Below, in pieces: positions 28,911 to 38,161 of a DNA stretch of 64,000 nucleotides (position 1 is the first letter of the stretch; each line of letters starts with the position of its first letter). Origin of the DNA: Escherichia phage UE-S1. The stretch is taken from sequence record ON568341.1. One strand, 5' to 3'. The notes under the pieces are model-generated. The model saw nothing but the letters and a program-made list of their open reading frames with translations. It was not told the origin of the DNA and ran no database searches. Position numbers and translations under genes: made by a program.

Positions 28911-31643
28911 ATGTCATCAAAACGAATTATAGGAAGTGCTGAGATCCTTGGAAACTTAGCGATTGGTGGAAAATATGCAATGCGTACATTTAACGGAACT
29001 TCCCCCGATGCAAACACTGGAATAGTTAATTATCCAATATATAATAGGTCGGAAGTACAACGTATTTTAGACATGCTACCAATATCACGTATAGGAGAAA
29101 TGGATTATCTTCCATTAAACGTGAATGGCTCATATGAAGGGGCAACATCAAATTCAGATATATATCGCGTTCAACCGACTATCATTGAAGATGATGGAAC
29201 TGGTGTGGTATTACGTGCAGGTACTAATGGTAGTGAAAAAGGTTTCTATTATTCTTTCATACGAGATTTAAGAAATGTTTCTTCTTTAACTCAAGATATG
29301 GTCATTTCAACCACAAGTAAATATAAACCATCCATTCTCAGTGCTGGGGAAAGTGTTACTAGATTTATTGGTTCTAATGGGTATGAGCTTTTAGTTTCAT
29401 ATACATCGAACTTAAATTATATTTTTACGTTAACAAATGGTACATTCAATGAAACATCCCATATCCATGCTAAATTGGTTGGTACACAATTTAATACGGA
29501 TAAACCATTATATGCACATATAGTTGGGGCAAATATATTCATTTGGTGTAAAGATACAACAGTAACTAATGGTGGCATGGCATATACATTATACACCGTA
29601 TCAAAAAGTGATGTGATTAATGGCACGATGACATCTTTTGCTAAAGTTACAGGATTTTCTGGACAAACAGTTAGAAATACAAGCTATAGTTCATCAAACA
29701 ACATTCGTGTATTTGATAGTTATTTTTCCACAAATTCTGACTCGGACTCTCTATTTGTTATTAACAGTCCCGTGAATAGTGTAGAGTATATTGATTATAA
29801 TGACTATAATATCCAAGCGAATGCCAGTTCTGATAACTCTAGAATACGAGTTACTTTATATATAACACCACGTTTCAGTACACCATTGATTGTATCTCCT
29901 GTATTCGCAACAGGTATAAGTTTTGTTTATACTATTAGCTCAAAATCTATGTCATTGGACGGTAGTGCCAGAGCACCAGTTACAGTATCGTATACTAATA
30001 ATAAGTTTGTGGTTTCTAACCAGTTTGAAATTTCAATGAGTAATTTTACTGGTTCAAAGAACAGTTTATCTTCATTAGGTGATTGTGGCTCAATATGTCA
30101 AACAACAGATGGTCTAGTTTTCACTTCAAAATCCAGATGGGTTTCTGATGAGACATATGGCTTACAACTATATAAAGTTCAAGGTACACCATACGATAGT
30201 TGGGTTGCTAGTTCCCGTAAAGCAAGTGATTTAATAAACGTAAATGTTAAACCAACATACGGTTCGGCTGTAGGTGAAAACTTACTTGGTGTTAGATTCA
30301 TTGATACCAGAAAGATACTTCTTGCATGTTCAAGTACTAGCAATGGTGTAACTTATGGTTATGATAGTACTGTGTATTCTCAAATTGGGGAAAATCCAAC
30401 ACATACATATAATAGTGTTACTACTGGAAAATCTATAGAAGGGTTTGCACCTGAATCAGAACGTAAATATCTAGGTAATAGTTATGATTACAGTGCTATG
30501 ATTTCGTTAATCGCAGAAGACGGTACAGTAAGGTCTTATGGTTCATCATTTATTGAAGGAATTACCAAAGATGCAACTGGGTTACTAGATCCAGTTACAA
30601 TGACATTCTCTGGAAAATATACAATATCTGATGCTACTTTAATGGAGTTAAAACAATCTATCATTACTAGCTCTAAAATTTCTGGTACTAGTACTTCTAG
30701 AATATGCTTTTATTATGTACCTGACACTACATTCTCAAGATCTATGGCAGTCGTTTGTACATACAGCCCAACTAATAACCAAGGGTATGCTATTTTTGCT
30801 GAAGTTGATGTTGTACTTAGTGGTTCTGAAATCACAAGTGCATCAGTATATTCAACTAGATACGAAGTTGAAGATAATGTTTCTGGTATACAAAGCAATG
30901 CAATATTAAAGCGTTGCACGGGAATGACAGTTGCGAAATACACAGGGTTCAATTATCTTGGAATTGATACAATTCACCAGTTCACTGTACCTGGCGATGT
31001 TCATCAAAAAATGATGATAGCTAAAGTTAAAAATGGAGATATTAGTAGTAATCGTTATTTCACAACTTATCATGTTAATGCTAATAATAGCTTTGCTTTC
31101 CAACATGGTGCAATTCCCAATGTTGGGTTTGGGTATTATAACTTCAACATTTCAGATTTACAGACAAAAGCAGTTTTTTCTGTATTTGGTACAACTGAAG
31201 CACAAATGGATGGTTTGATTGCGGGGACTGGAGCAGTGCTGAATAATTATGTCATTGTGTCACAGGACGTTGCACAGGGTTTTAACGTATACTTCACTCG
31301 TGATGTACCAGTGTTTTTGGGTGGAATGTTTGACAGACTACCAGTTCAAAGTATAGATTTGAAAACTATTAAAACTAATCCTGCTAACAGTACTTTTTAT
31401 ATTTACATTCAAATGGATCGCAACACTGGAAAAGCGGCATACGTTATTAGTACTACCCTTCTCGATGAGACATTGACAAATGTTTATATTGGTAATATCA
31501 TCACTGGAAGTACAAGTATCACGTCGATTGATACTGAAAAGGTAACTCGCTTCTTGACCTACCGACCTAGTACCACAAAACGTGGGTCCGCAATACCTGC
31601 CAGTACTGGTGTACCATCTGGGCCTGGCTCCCGTTGGAAATAA
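28911..31643 (+). CDS. tail fibre protein (paralogue B, 910 aa)
   Basis: Shares N-terminal (MLPIS.IGEM.YLP) and C-terminal (SQDVAQGF..TIK.NPAN) blocks with 25594-28293. Confidence 0.65.
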   Translation: MSSKRIIGSAEILGNLAIGGKYAMRTFNGTSPDANTGIVNYPIYNRSEVQRILDMLPISRIGEMDYLPLNVNGSYEGATSNSDIYRVQPTIIEDDGTGVVLRAGTNGSEKGFYYSFIRDLRNVSSLTQDMVISTTSKYKPSILSAGESVTRFIGSNGYELLVSYTSNLNYIFTLTNGTFNETSHIHAKLVGTQFNTDKPLYAHIVGANIFIWCKDTTVTNGGMAYTLYTVSKSDVINGTMTSFAKVTGFSGQTVRNTSYSSSNNIRVFDSYFSTNSDSDSLFVINSPVNSVEYIDYNDYNIQANASSDNSRIRVTLYITPRFSTPLIVSPVFATGISFVYTISSKSMSLDGSARAPVTVSYTNNKFVVSNQFEISMSNFTGSKNSLSSLGDCGSICQTTDGLVFTSKSRWVSDETYGLQLYKVQGTPYDSWVASSRKASDLINVNVKPTYGSAVGENLLGVRFIDTRKILLACSSTSNGVTYGYDSTVYSQIGENPTHTYNSVTTGKSIEGFAPESERKYLGNSYDYSAMISLIAEDGTVRSYGSSFIEGITKDATGLLDPVTMTFSGKYTISDATLMELKQSIITSSKISGTSTSRICFYYVPDTTFSRSMAVVCTYSPTNNQGYAIFAEVDVVLSGSEITSASVYSTRYEVEDNVSGIQSNAILKRCTGMTVAKYTGFNYLGIDTIHQFTVPGDVHQKMMIAKVKNGDISSNRYFTTYHVNANNSFAFQHGAIPNVGFGYYNFNISDLQTKAVFSVFGTTEAQMDGLIAGTGAVLNNYVIVSQDVAQGFNVYFTRDVPVFLGGMFDRLPVQSIDLKTIKTNPANSTFYIYIQMDRNTGKAAYVISTTLLDETLTNVYIGNIITGSTSITSIDTEKVTRFLTYRPSTTKRGSAIPASTGVPSGPGSRWK

Positions 31644-31649
31644 TTTTAA

Positions 31650-31678
31650 AGCTCGTCTATTGACGGGCTTTTCTTTTG
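31650..31678 (+). terminator. intrinsic terminator
   Basis: AGCTCGTC / GACGGGCT stem (one G-U) then T-rich run. Confidence 0.6.
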
Positions 31679-31711
31679 TGTGTATAATACAAAGAAATAT
31701 AGGAGGAAATT

Positions 31712-32278
31712 ATGGTCAAATCATTACTACCACCACCAAAACGACATAAAATCAAAGAAATGAAAGAACAACGCACATTAAAGATGTACAACAACTTAGT
31801 TAAGTTACTTTGCAAAAGCCCATCACTCAAAGAAGTATTCACAACAGATGATGATCGTAATGCACTTATTGAGATGAAATATATGCTCAGTAAAATGTCC
31901 TTTTACAAATTTGTCAAAGAATACTCAACTGAACCATTCAGTCCTCGTTGGCGAGTCAAACCAAGAGAGTATTTTTTCGGTGGTTCATATACTGATATCA
32001 TTCAAGATACGGTGATAGGCGTAGAGTTCGAGATTGATTATGAGCCTAATGGTGTGGAAAACTGGCAGATTGACAAACATTTACCAAGTGAAGATGAAAT
32101 TTATGTTTATGCAAGAAAACAGACAACCTTCAGTTCAAGAATTGCTCTTAATAATTTAGATTCATTTATTATTTTCTATACACGTGTAGGTGTAGATAAA
32201 ATGGTAACTAAACTCAATGAATTATCATTACAACAAAAACAGATTAATGCATACAAAGACATTACAGATTTATACTAA
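31712..32278 (+). CDS. hypothetical protein, tandem paralogue 1 of 3
   Basis: Shares S.LK....T.DDR..L.E.KY.LSK N-terminal pattern with the next two ORFs. Confidence 0.5.
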   Translation: MVKSLLPPPKRHKIKEMKEQRTLKMYNNLVKLLCKSPSLKEVFTTDDDRNALIEMKYMLSKMSFYKFVKEYSTEPFSPRWRVKPREYFFGGSYTDIIQDTVIGVEFEIDYEPNGVENWQIDKHLPSEDEIYVYARKQTTFSSRIALNNLDSFIIFYTRVGVDKMVTKLNELSLQQKQINAYKDITDLY

Positions 32279-32284
32279 TGAGGA

Positions 32285-32806
32285 TTGGATATGTTTTTTG
32301 GACAGTTAAAAAAACCTAACAGTACTTTAATTTGGCATGAAATCATCTTTAAAATTATATCTAAAAGCTACTCACTAAAAGATATTATCAAAACAGATCA
32401 TGATCGACATGTTCTGTTAGAAGCAAAATATAAATTGAGCAAACACCCGTTACTTTCGTTAATCATTGATTACGTTAATGATTATGAATCCAGTCGTTGG
32501 CAGTGGGAAGACGGAGGTTTATTTCGTGGAAAAACATTCTACGGTGCCGAACGATATGTATTCAGTGATACAGCAAATGATGTTAAGTTTGCTATTAGAA
32601 ACTTTAACTCCAAAGAAAATGATTATCTTGAAAGTGGAGTTAAGGTGTATATAGATAATAATAGCAATGTACTTACATATGACGAATCACTAATTATGTT
32701 ACAAATAATGCGTGGAGTTGAAAGTGTAAGACACAATCTTACTAAGTTGAAAATCCAGCAAAATGATATACATAATAGACAGAAAATTAAGGGTTTATAT
32801 AAATGA
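32285..32806 (+). CDS. hypothetical protein, tandem paralogue 2 of 3
   Basis: YSLKDIIKTDHDRHVLLEAKYKLSK. Confidence 0.5.
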   Translation: MDMFFGQLKKPNSTLIWHEIIFKIISKSYSLKDIIKTDHDRHVLLEAKYKLSKHPLLSLIIDYVNDYESSRWQWEDGGLFRGKTFYGAERYVFSDTANDVKFAIRNFNSKENDYLESGVKVYIDNNSNVLTYDESLIMLQIMRGVESVRHNLTKLKIQQNDIHNRQKIKGLYK

Positions 32807-33312
32807 TTTCATTTTTCAAAAAGAAAGAAAAAGTTGATGAAACTGGATTAGAATCGTTTCTATGGACTCTTATCATTAAAAAAAGTCCATTGATGAAAGA
32901 ATATGCTATCAATGATGCTAATAGAAAAACTATCATTGAATACAAATATGAATTATCAAAATGTGATCCAATTGTTTATCACTTTGCGAAGTACTGTTCT
33001 AACAATTTATCGGATATCACTATTGAACACGAGTCAGTACCAATGAGTTTTCCTTATGGTGATTGGGTAGATACTTTTGATATTTTTGATGGTTCAAATG
33101 GTTTCAGTTTCTTTTACTCGTCAAATAAAGCAAATGTTCGTATTAAAACAGAGATAGGTTGGACACAGCATAGCTCAAATAAAGAAGATTATAATTTACT
33201 AGCTGACGTATACCGAAGTGTGAAGAATTCAAAGGATATTGATGAAAGAATTAAAAAGCAAAATCGTATTTCTTTATCACTTGAAACATACAAGTCAAAG
33301 TATGGTGGTTAA
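32803..33312 (+). CDS. hypothetical protein, tandem paralogue 3 of 3
   Basis: SPLMKEYAINDANRKTIIEYKYELSK. Confidence 0.5.
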   Translation: MISFFKKKEKVDETGLESFLWTLIIKKSPLMKEYAINDANRKTIIEYKYELSKCDPIVYHFAKYCSNNLSDITIEHESVPMSFPYGDWVDTFDIFDGSNGFSFFYSSNKANVRIKTEIGWTQHSSNKEDYNLLADVYRSVKNSKDIDERIKKQNRISLSLETYKSKYGG

Positions 33313-33314
33313 CT

Positions 33315-33716
33315 ATGACTACAGTTGATGATATCTATAGTACTATACGAAATATGAGTACAGATAGAAAAGTATTTGGTGATAAAGAAAAATCTAAGTG
33401 TTATGGTATTGATTCTTTTGATATAATTTCGTATGAGTACAACACGAATGGAAATAGTTCACTGAATATCGTCTGCCCTCGTGACCCAGAAAATAATTTT
33501 ATGTATGTTGAAATTAATAATGATGGGATGTTTTTTACAAAAGTTTTCAAAGGTGGTATTAATTACGAACCTATTGAATGTATGAATGAAGAAACTTTCT
33601 TTCAAGAAGATACAATTATCAATTTAGGTTTTAGTTTTGCGGATTATAAAACATTAGAACATGACTTTAATCGTTATTATAACGGTTTCTTAAAGGAGTT
33701 AACAATTTATCTATGA
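33315..33716 (+). CDS. hypothetical protein
   Basis: ORF in array. Confidence 0.45.
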   Translation: MTTVDDIYSTIRNMSTDRKVFGDKEKSKCYGIDSFDIISYEYNTNGNSSLNIVCPRDPENNFMYVEINNDGMFFTKVFKGGINYEPIECMNEETFFQEDTIINLGFSFADYKTLEHDFNRYYNGFLKELTIYL

Positions 33717-34945
33717 ATAACCAATATGTTGAACAAACAATAGTGAAACACTTGGCTGGGTCACAAGCCTACGGAACCAGTACGCCTGAAAGTGATACTG
33801 ATTATCGTGGTATTTTTCTTGCTAATAAAGAATTTATTCTTACGCCATTCTATAAGGTTAAAGAAGTAGCTGATAAAAATGAAGAAGATACCAAATTCTA
33901 TGAGTTAAATCAGTATTTAAAATTATACACTGAAGCCAACCCTAATATTCTGGAATCACTATGGGTTGAACCAGAACACATTGTAGAAAGTACTGAGATT
34001 TATGACTATCTTCGTTCATTTAACCAAAAACTTCTTAGTTCTAAGATTGCATTTTCATATACTGGATATGCATATAATCAGATTAAGCGTATGACAAATC
34101 ATCACGGTTGGATGGATAAAGAGCGAATTGCTGAAAAACGTTTAAATGAGATTTTAGAAGAACACCCTGTCGATGAGGTTCTTGCGTGGATGTATGATTC
34201 ATTCCCACAATATCTTGTTGAACGTTTAGATACATCTAACTTACATCCATTTAATACTAAAAAGATTGATTTTGAAAAATATATGCGTGATACGTCATTG
34301 CAGTTAGTTTCGAAAAATCCATTAAAGCAATATCATTTTGTAAGATTAGTGCATAACTACACTACTGACAAAATTCTAGATCGTGATTTCAATTTATTGA
34401 ATTTTAATAATGGCTATGAACTAATTCATTACGGAGAAAACATTTTTGCGATTATTAAAAATCCAAATGAAAGCACTATCAACGGTGATGGATCATTGCG
34501 TTATTTTTCTAAAGAGCGTAGTACTGAAGAATTGAAAACTAAACCAGAACTAATTGTCAAATTTAACGAAAAAGAATATCAGGAAAATAGTGAGAATAGA
34601 AAAAGTTATCATAAATGGAAAGAAAATCGTAATGCCAAACGTGCTATTTTAGAATCACAACACGGATACGATTGTAAACATGCTATGCACACAATCCGAC
34701 TTTTGAATAGTGCAGAAGAAGCATTACAAAGTGGAATTATTCAAGTTAAACGACCAGATGCACAAATGTTGATGGATATTCGTAATGGTAAATGGAAGTA
34801 TGAAGAAGTCTTAGAATATTTCGATGATAAAGTACAATACATTCGTGATGTTCTATATAAGAAATCAGTACTTCCCAAAAAACCTAACATCAAGTTAGCA
34901 TCGAAAATTATAATTGATATTCGAGAAATGCAATGGTATAAGTAA
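33713..34945 (+). CDS. pol-beta-superfamily nucleotidyltransferase
   Basis: N-terminal GSQAYGTSTPESDTDYRG matches the NTase-fold signature G[SG]..(9-13)..D.D; 410 aa with uncharacterised C-terminal region. Confidence 0.55.
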   Translation: MNNQYVEQTIVKHLAGSQAYGTSTPESDTDYRGIFLANKEFILTPFYKVKEVADKNEEDTKFYELNQYLKLYTEANPNILESLWVEPEHIVESTEIYDYLRSFNQKLLSSKIAFSYTGYAYNQIKRMTNHHGWMDKERIAEKRLNEILEEHPVDEVLAWMYDSFPQYLVERLDTSNLHPFNTKKIDFEKYMRDTSLQLVSKNPLKQYHFVRLVHNYTTDKILDRDFNLLNFNNGYELIHYGENIFAIIKNPNESTINGDGSLRYFSKERSTEELKTKPELIVKFNEKEYQENSENRKSYHKWKENRNAKRAILESQHGYDCKHAMHTIRLLNSAEEALQSGIIQVKRPDAQMLMDIRNGKWKYEEVLEYFDDKVQYIRDVLYKKSVLPKKPNIKLASKIIIDIREMQWYK

Positions 34946-35007
34946 TATATGGGTGTAATAGTTATAAAAATTCCATTACACACCAAATCACTTCAGTGAT
35001 TTATAAC

Positions 35008-35035
35008 TTGACATTGAAAAATAATTATGTATAAT
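35008..35035 (+). promoter_or_regulatory. sigma70-like promoter
   Basis: TTGACA - 16 nt - TATAAT; -10 abuts the terminator hairpin. Confidence 0.5.
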
Positions 35036-35037
35036 TA

Positions 35038-35065
35038 GAGAACTTCATATGGAGTTCTCTTTTTT
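35038..35065 (+). terminator. intrinsic terminator
   Basis: GAGAACT / AGTTCTC stem then T6. Confidence 0.6.
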
Positions 35066-35079
35066 ATAAGGGTGATAAA

Positions 35080-35481
35080 ATGTTAAATGAACGTATTAAA
35101 AATGCACTATATGTATTGAACCAAGAAGTTAATTCTATTCATAAAAGTACTGAGCGATATAAAGTATTACATGAAATTAGACAAGAATTGGAATCCATTA
35201 ATAAGGGAAAATGGGTTCTTGAACGCGAACGAACTATTGTTGAAAAAGCAATTGCAAAATTCATCTCGGAACGTTATGGTAAAATTTCAGAGGAAGATGT
35301 ACTAATGAACTTACATCTTTCACAAACGGAAGTGATGGAGAAATTTCATTTTGATTCATTAGACTGGTTAGAAATGATCATGGAATTGGAAGAAGAATTC
35401 AATGTAGAAGTAGATTTATATTATGAAAAACAAGAAACCAAACTATATGAACTAGCAGAACACATTAAACTAATGATGTAA
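35080..35481 (+). CDS. acyl-carrier-protein-like protein
   Basis: C-terminal FDSLDWLEMIMELEEEFNVEVD matches the ACP phosphopantetheine-attachment region (DSLD..E..M.LEEEF); ~55-aa N-terminal extension. Confidence 0.55.
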   Translation: MLNERIKNALYVLNQEVNSIHKSTERYKVLHEIRQELESINKGKWVLERERTIVEKAIAKFISERYGKISEEDVLMNLHLSQTEVMEKFHFDSLDWLEMIMELEEEFNVEVDLYYEKQETKLYELAEHIKLMM

Positions 35482-35534
35482 ACATATACCATTATATACT
35501 CTAAATAATATCATCAACCACAGGAGATATTATT

Positions 35535-35909
35535 ATGAGTATACTAGAAATAATAGTTTCAAACATTCTTATTCCATATTGGAAACCAATTTCTTTTGCA
35601 TTATTAATTAGTGGTTCAGCAATTGCGGGTTGGAAAGCTAATACTTATTATACTGGTTATCAAGAAAGTATAGAGCAACAAATAGCCAAAAAAGTTGATA
35701 TAGCACTTGATAAAATGCAACAAGAAAATACAAAAAGCTATCTTGAAACAAAAAAAATTATGGAAGATAATACAAAAGTCATTGAAACAAAGGTTCCTTA
35801 TATAGTAGAACGTGAAGTTTATAAAAATGTTTGTTTAGATGAAGATGGTGTGAAAGTACTGAATGAACTTAAACAAAATTCTAAAGCGGCAAGGAATAAA
35901 TTCAAATGA
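35535..35909 (+). CDS. i-spanin-like protein
   Basis: N-terminal TM helix (ISFALLISGSAIAGW) then charged coiled-coil-like region; overlaps next gene by ATGA. Confidence 0.5.
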   Translation: MSILEIIVSNILIPYWKPISFALLISGSAIAGWKANTYYTGYQESIEQQIAKKVDIALDKMQQENTKSYLETKKIMEDNTKVIETKVPYIVEREVYKNVCLDEDGVKVLNELKQNSKAARNKFK

Positions 35910-36214
35910 AAAAAATGTTAGTACCGTTTATTTCTTTTTTAATTATAAGTGGATGTGCAGAACAAGTAAAAGTACAATCCCCTGCACCAATTAAACAAGA
36001 AATTCTGTTAGAAAGATGTGATGATGACACACCACTACCACAAAAAATTATGATTGACCAAAACGGATTTAAAGGGTATAGTGGGAGTGAAATTCTCAAA
36101 GTTCTTACCCGTTGGGATGCAATCTATAACGAATGTGCATTGAAACATGATGCATTGATCAAAACCATTCGTGATTTACAAGGTAAAGATATTAAAATAA
36201 ATATCAAGGATTAA
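35906..36214 (+). CDS. o-spanin-like lipoprotein
   Basis: Lipobox-like FLIISGC at N-terminus; position immediately after TM/coiled-coil gene. Confidence 0.5.
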   Translation: MKKMLVPFISFLIISGCAEQVKVQSPAPIKQEILLERCDDDTPLPQKIMIDQNGFKGYSGSEILKVLTRWDAIYNECALKHDALIKTIRDLQGKDIKINIKD

Positions 36215-36215
36215 A

Positions 36216-36827
36216 ATGAACAAATATCATGTTTATTATACAACAAAGTTATCCCTTCTTGATGAATTAAATCACCGAAGTACTAAGATGAAACGTTATA
36301 CTTTAAATGGTATTACTTTTCGATATTTCCCACAAAAAGTCCTTACTTTTGTCAAGAATCCAAAATGCGTGGCATGTGGGATTGAAGCCACTGAAGTACG
36401 CATTGAACGTACATTTAGTTCTGATCCAGTTTATGGTAAACCACATTTAAATGTATATGCGGTATGTGGTCTTTATGAAGTGTTGATGACAGTTGATCAC
36501 AACCATCTGGCATCGAAGGGTGGTTGTGATTTAGAGTCAAACTTTAATACTATGTGCTCCAAATGCAATCAACTACGTTCTAATAAAACCGAAACAGTTG
36601 ATGAGTTTCTTGAGAAAGTTAAAGATCGTAATCTTCTCCAAGAACATATGAATAAATTCTTTAACGTACAAAAAAAGAAAAATAACATTGACAAGTCGAA
36701 ACTACTAGAAGAACGTAGGTTACGTCAAGAATTATGGGAAACAGACCATCTATGGCATGTTCGAGAATTTGGTCGTCATATGAAAGCTTTGAAAAAAGAA
36801 CAGAAGAAATTGAATAAACATGATTGA
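36216..36827 (+). CDS. HNH endonuclease
   Basis: VDHNHLASKGGCDLESNFNTMCSKCNQLRSN (HNH core with CxxC); CxxC also upstream (CVAC); strong terminator follows. Confidence 0.7.
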   Translation: MNKYHVYYTTKLSLLDELNHRSTKMKRYTLNGITFRYFPQKVLTFVKNPKCVACGIEATEVRIERTFSSDPVYGKPHLNVYAVCGLYEVLMTVDHNHLASKGGCDLESNFNTMCSKCNQLRSNKTETVDEFLEKVKDRNLLQEHMNKFFNVQKKKNNIDKSKLLEERRLRQELWETDHLWHVREFGRHMKALKKEQKKLNKHD

Positions 36828-36840
36828 TATGATATTATAG

Positions 36841-36868
36841 GGACTTGAGTATTCAAGTCCTTTTTTTT
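36841..36868 (+). terminator. intrinsic terminator
   Basis: GGACTTGA / TCAAGTCC stem then T8. Confidence 0.8.
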
Positions 36869-36879
36869 GGAGAAGATAA

Positions 36880-37236
36880 ATGAAATCTAAAATATTTTTA
36901 CCACAATTAATGTGGCATCTGGCAGAGTTAGATGAAGATGATGAATATACTGACTATGGTGCATGGGATGACAGTACTGAAACTTTTAAATCAGATGTAA
37001 AATATAAAATCATCTGCAATGAAAGCAAAGGGCACAGAAGGTGGACTGAAGAATTTGATCTCGTATTTCTTGACATGAGTACAAATAAGTTTTATCATTG
37101 TACTTATGAACGAGGTTTAACAGAAGATAGACCAGTACAACCATTCAGTAATGAAACGGATGGTGTTAAGTGCAATGAAGTTTCTGTAACCAGAGAAGAA
37201 ATTATTACTTATCGAACTTTGTGGAAATATTTGTAA
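36880..37236 (+). CDS. hypothetical protein
   Basis: ORF with GGAG RBS. Confidence 0.5.
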   Translation: MKSKIFLPQLMWHLAELDEDDEYTDYGAWDDSTETFKSDVKYKIICNESKGHRRWTEEFDLVFLDMSTNKFYHCTYERGLTEDRPVQPFSNETDGVKCNEVSVTREEIITYRTLWKYL

Positions 37237-37237
37237 A

Positions 37238-37636
37238 ATGCTTAAAGAATTAGATTTTTCAAACTTAGAAATTATCAGTGCTGTAAAAAACATTTCCGAT
37301 ATGGGTGATGAGAAAGCAGTTCTTGTTACTATTACTTTTGTAAAAGAAAAAGATAGCTATAGCCATTTAACGGGTATTGAAGAACTAATTCATAAAACCA
37401 ATCTTGAGAATGATGGTAAACTCATCAAGCTTCAGGCTTCCTATACGCAAAAAACGTCAAATTTTATAGACCTAAATAATGTAGTCAAGGTGGTATACAA
37501 TCATCCTGAACACACATATAGGAATACGTCAAGAAATGAAAATGTTGCTAACGATTCGAATATTATCGAAGATGTTGAATTCATAAACACAATTTTTGAT
37601 CGTTGTTCTAAGGATTTAAAAAAAGTATACATGTAA
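37238..37636 (+). CDS. hypothetical protein
   Basis: ORF in array. Confidence 0.5.
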   Translation: MLKELDFSNLEIISAVKNISDMGDEKAVLVTITFVKEKDSYSHLTGIEELIHKTNLENDGKLIKLQASYTQKTSNFIDLNNVVKVVYNHPEHTYRNTSRNENVANDSNIIEDVEFINTIFDRCSKDLKKVYM

Positions 37637-37656
37637 TGGGACATTATATGTTCCAA

Positions 37657-37665
37657 TGATATAAT
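37657..37665 (+). promoter_or_regulatory. extended -10 promoter element
   Basis: TGATATAAT at the start of the ORF-poor island. Confidence 0.4.
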
Positions 37666-37739
37666 GTATATAGAAAATGACAACGGACATTGAAAAATGG
37701 ACACTGAGAACCTACTTCTCTTGAAAATGTAAAGGATAG

Positions 37740-37856
37740 ATGAGCTTTACCGTTGTAGCGAACAGCAGAAGAAACCTGTTAGAGTACTGGCATTCAAACA
37801 AACACGATATAAGACCACGAATCACGGCGACACGGCTGTATAAAGAACTCCGATAA
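37740..37856 (+). CDS. candidate small ORF (38 aa) in island
   Basis: AAAGGA RBS 4 nt upstream of ATG; MSFTVVANSRRNLLEYWHSNKHDIRPRITATRLYKELR. Confidence 0.25.
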   Translation: MSFTVVANSRRNLLEYWHSNKHDIRPRITATRLYKELR

Positions 37857-37879
37857 GCATACAGAGAGTTCCTAGATAG

Positions 37880-38044
37880 ATGTATAAGGTTCGCACCTTA
37901 CCAGATTTGCTAAGGGAGTTCAAGAATTGCGGACGCATTTTTACAAGAAAGTTGCGTCCAAAATTTGAGAACAAGTACTACTTTGATCGAATAGAGTTAG
38001 TACTGAGTGCTGTTGATGAAAAGACCAGCGACCGTTGCATATGA
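37880..38044 (+). CDS. candidate small ORF (54 aa) in island, contains repeat copy A
   Basis: Encodes ..FTRKLRPKFENKYYF..; weak RBS; stop overlaps next ATG (ATGA). Confidence 0.25.
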   Translation: MYKVRTLPDLLREFKNCGRIFTRKLRPKFENKYYFDRIELVLSAVDEKTSDRCI

Positions 38045-38139
38045 CTGCGATAGAGAGAAACCGAGCAACCCGCTTTCGCTCTCTAATTTTTGGTACAAGA
38101 AAGATCCGTCCAAAATTTGAGAAATTCGCAATTCGATAA
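38041..38139 (+). CDS. candidate small ORF (32 aa) in island, contains repeat copy B
   Basis: Encodes ..FGTRKIRPKFEKFAIR; the repeat is in the same frame as in the 54-aa ORF. Confidence 0.25.
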   Translation: MTAIERNRATRFRSLIFGTRKIRPKFEKFAIR

Positions 38140-38161
38140 TATCCGATGCCATCATCGTCAA

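Noticed and set aside
37943-38131. CRISPR-like array formed by the 29-bp direct repeat
   Set aside because: Only two copies, 160 bp apart, with no cas genes nearby; not a CRISPR array
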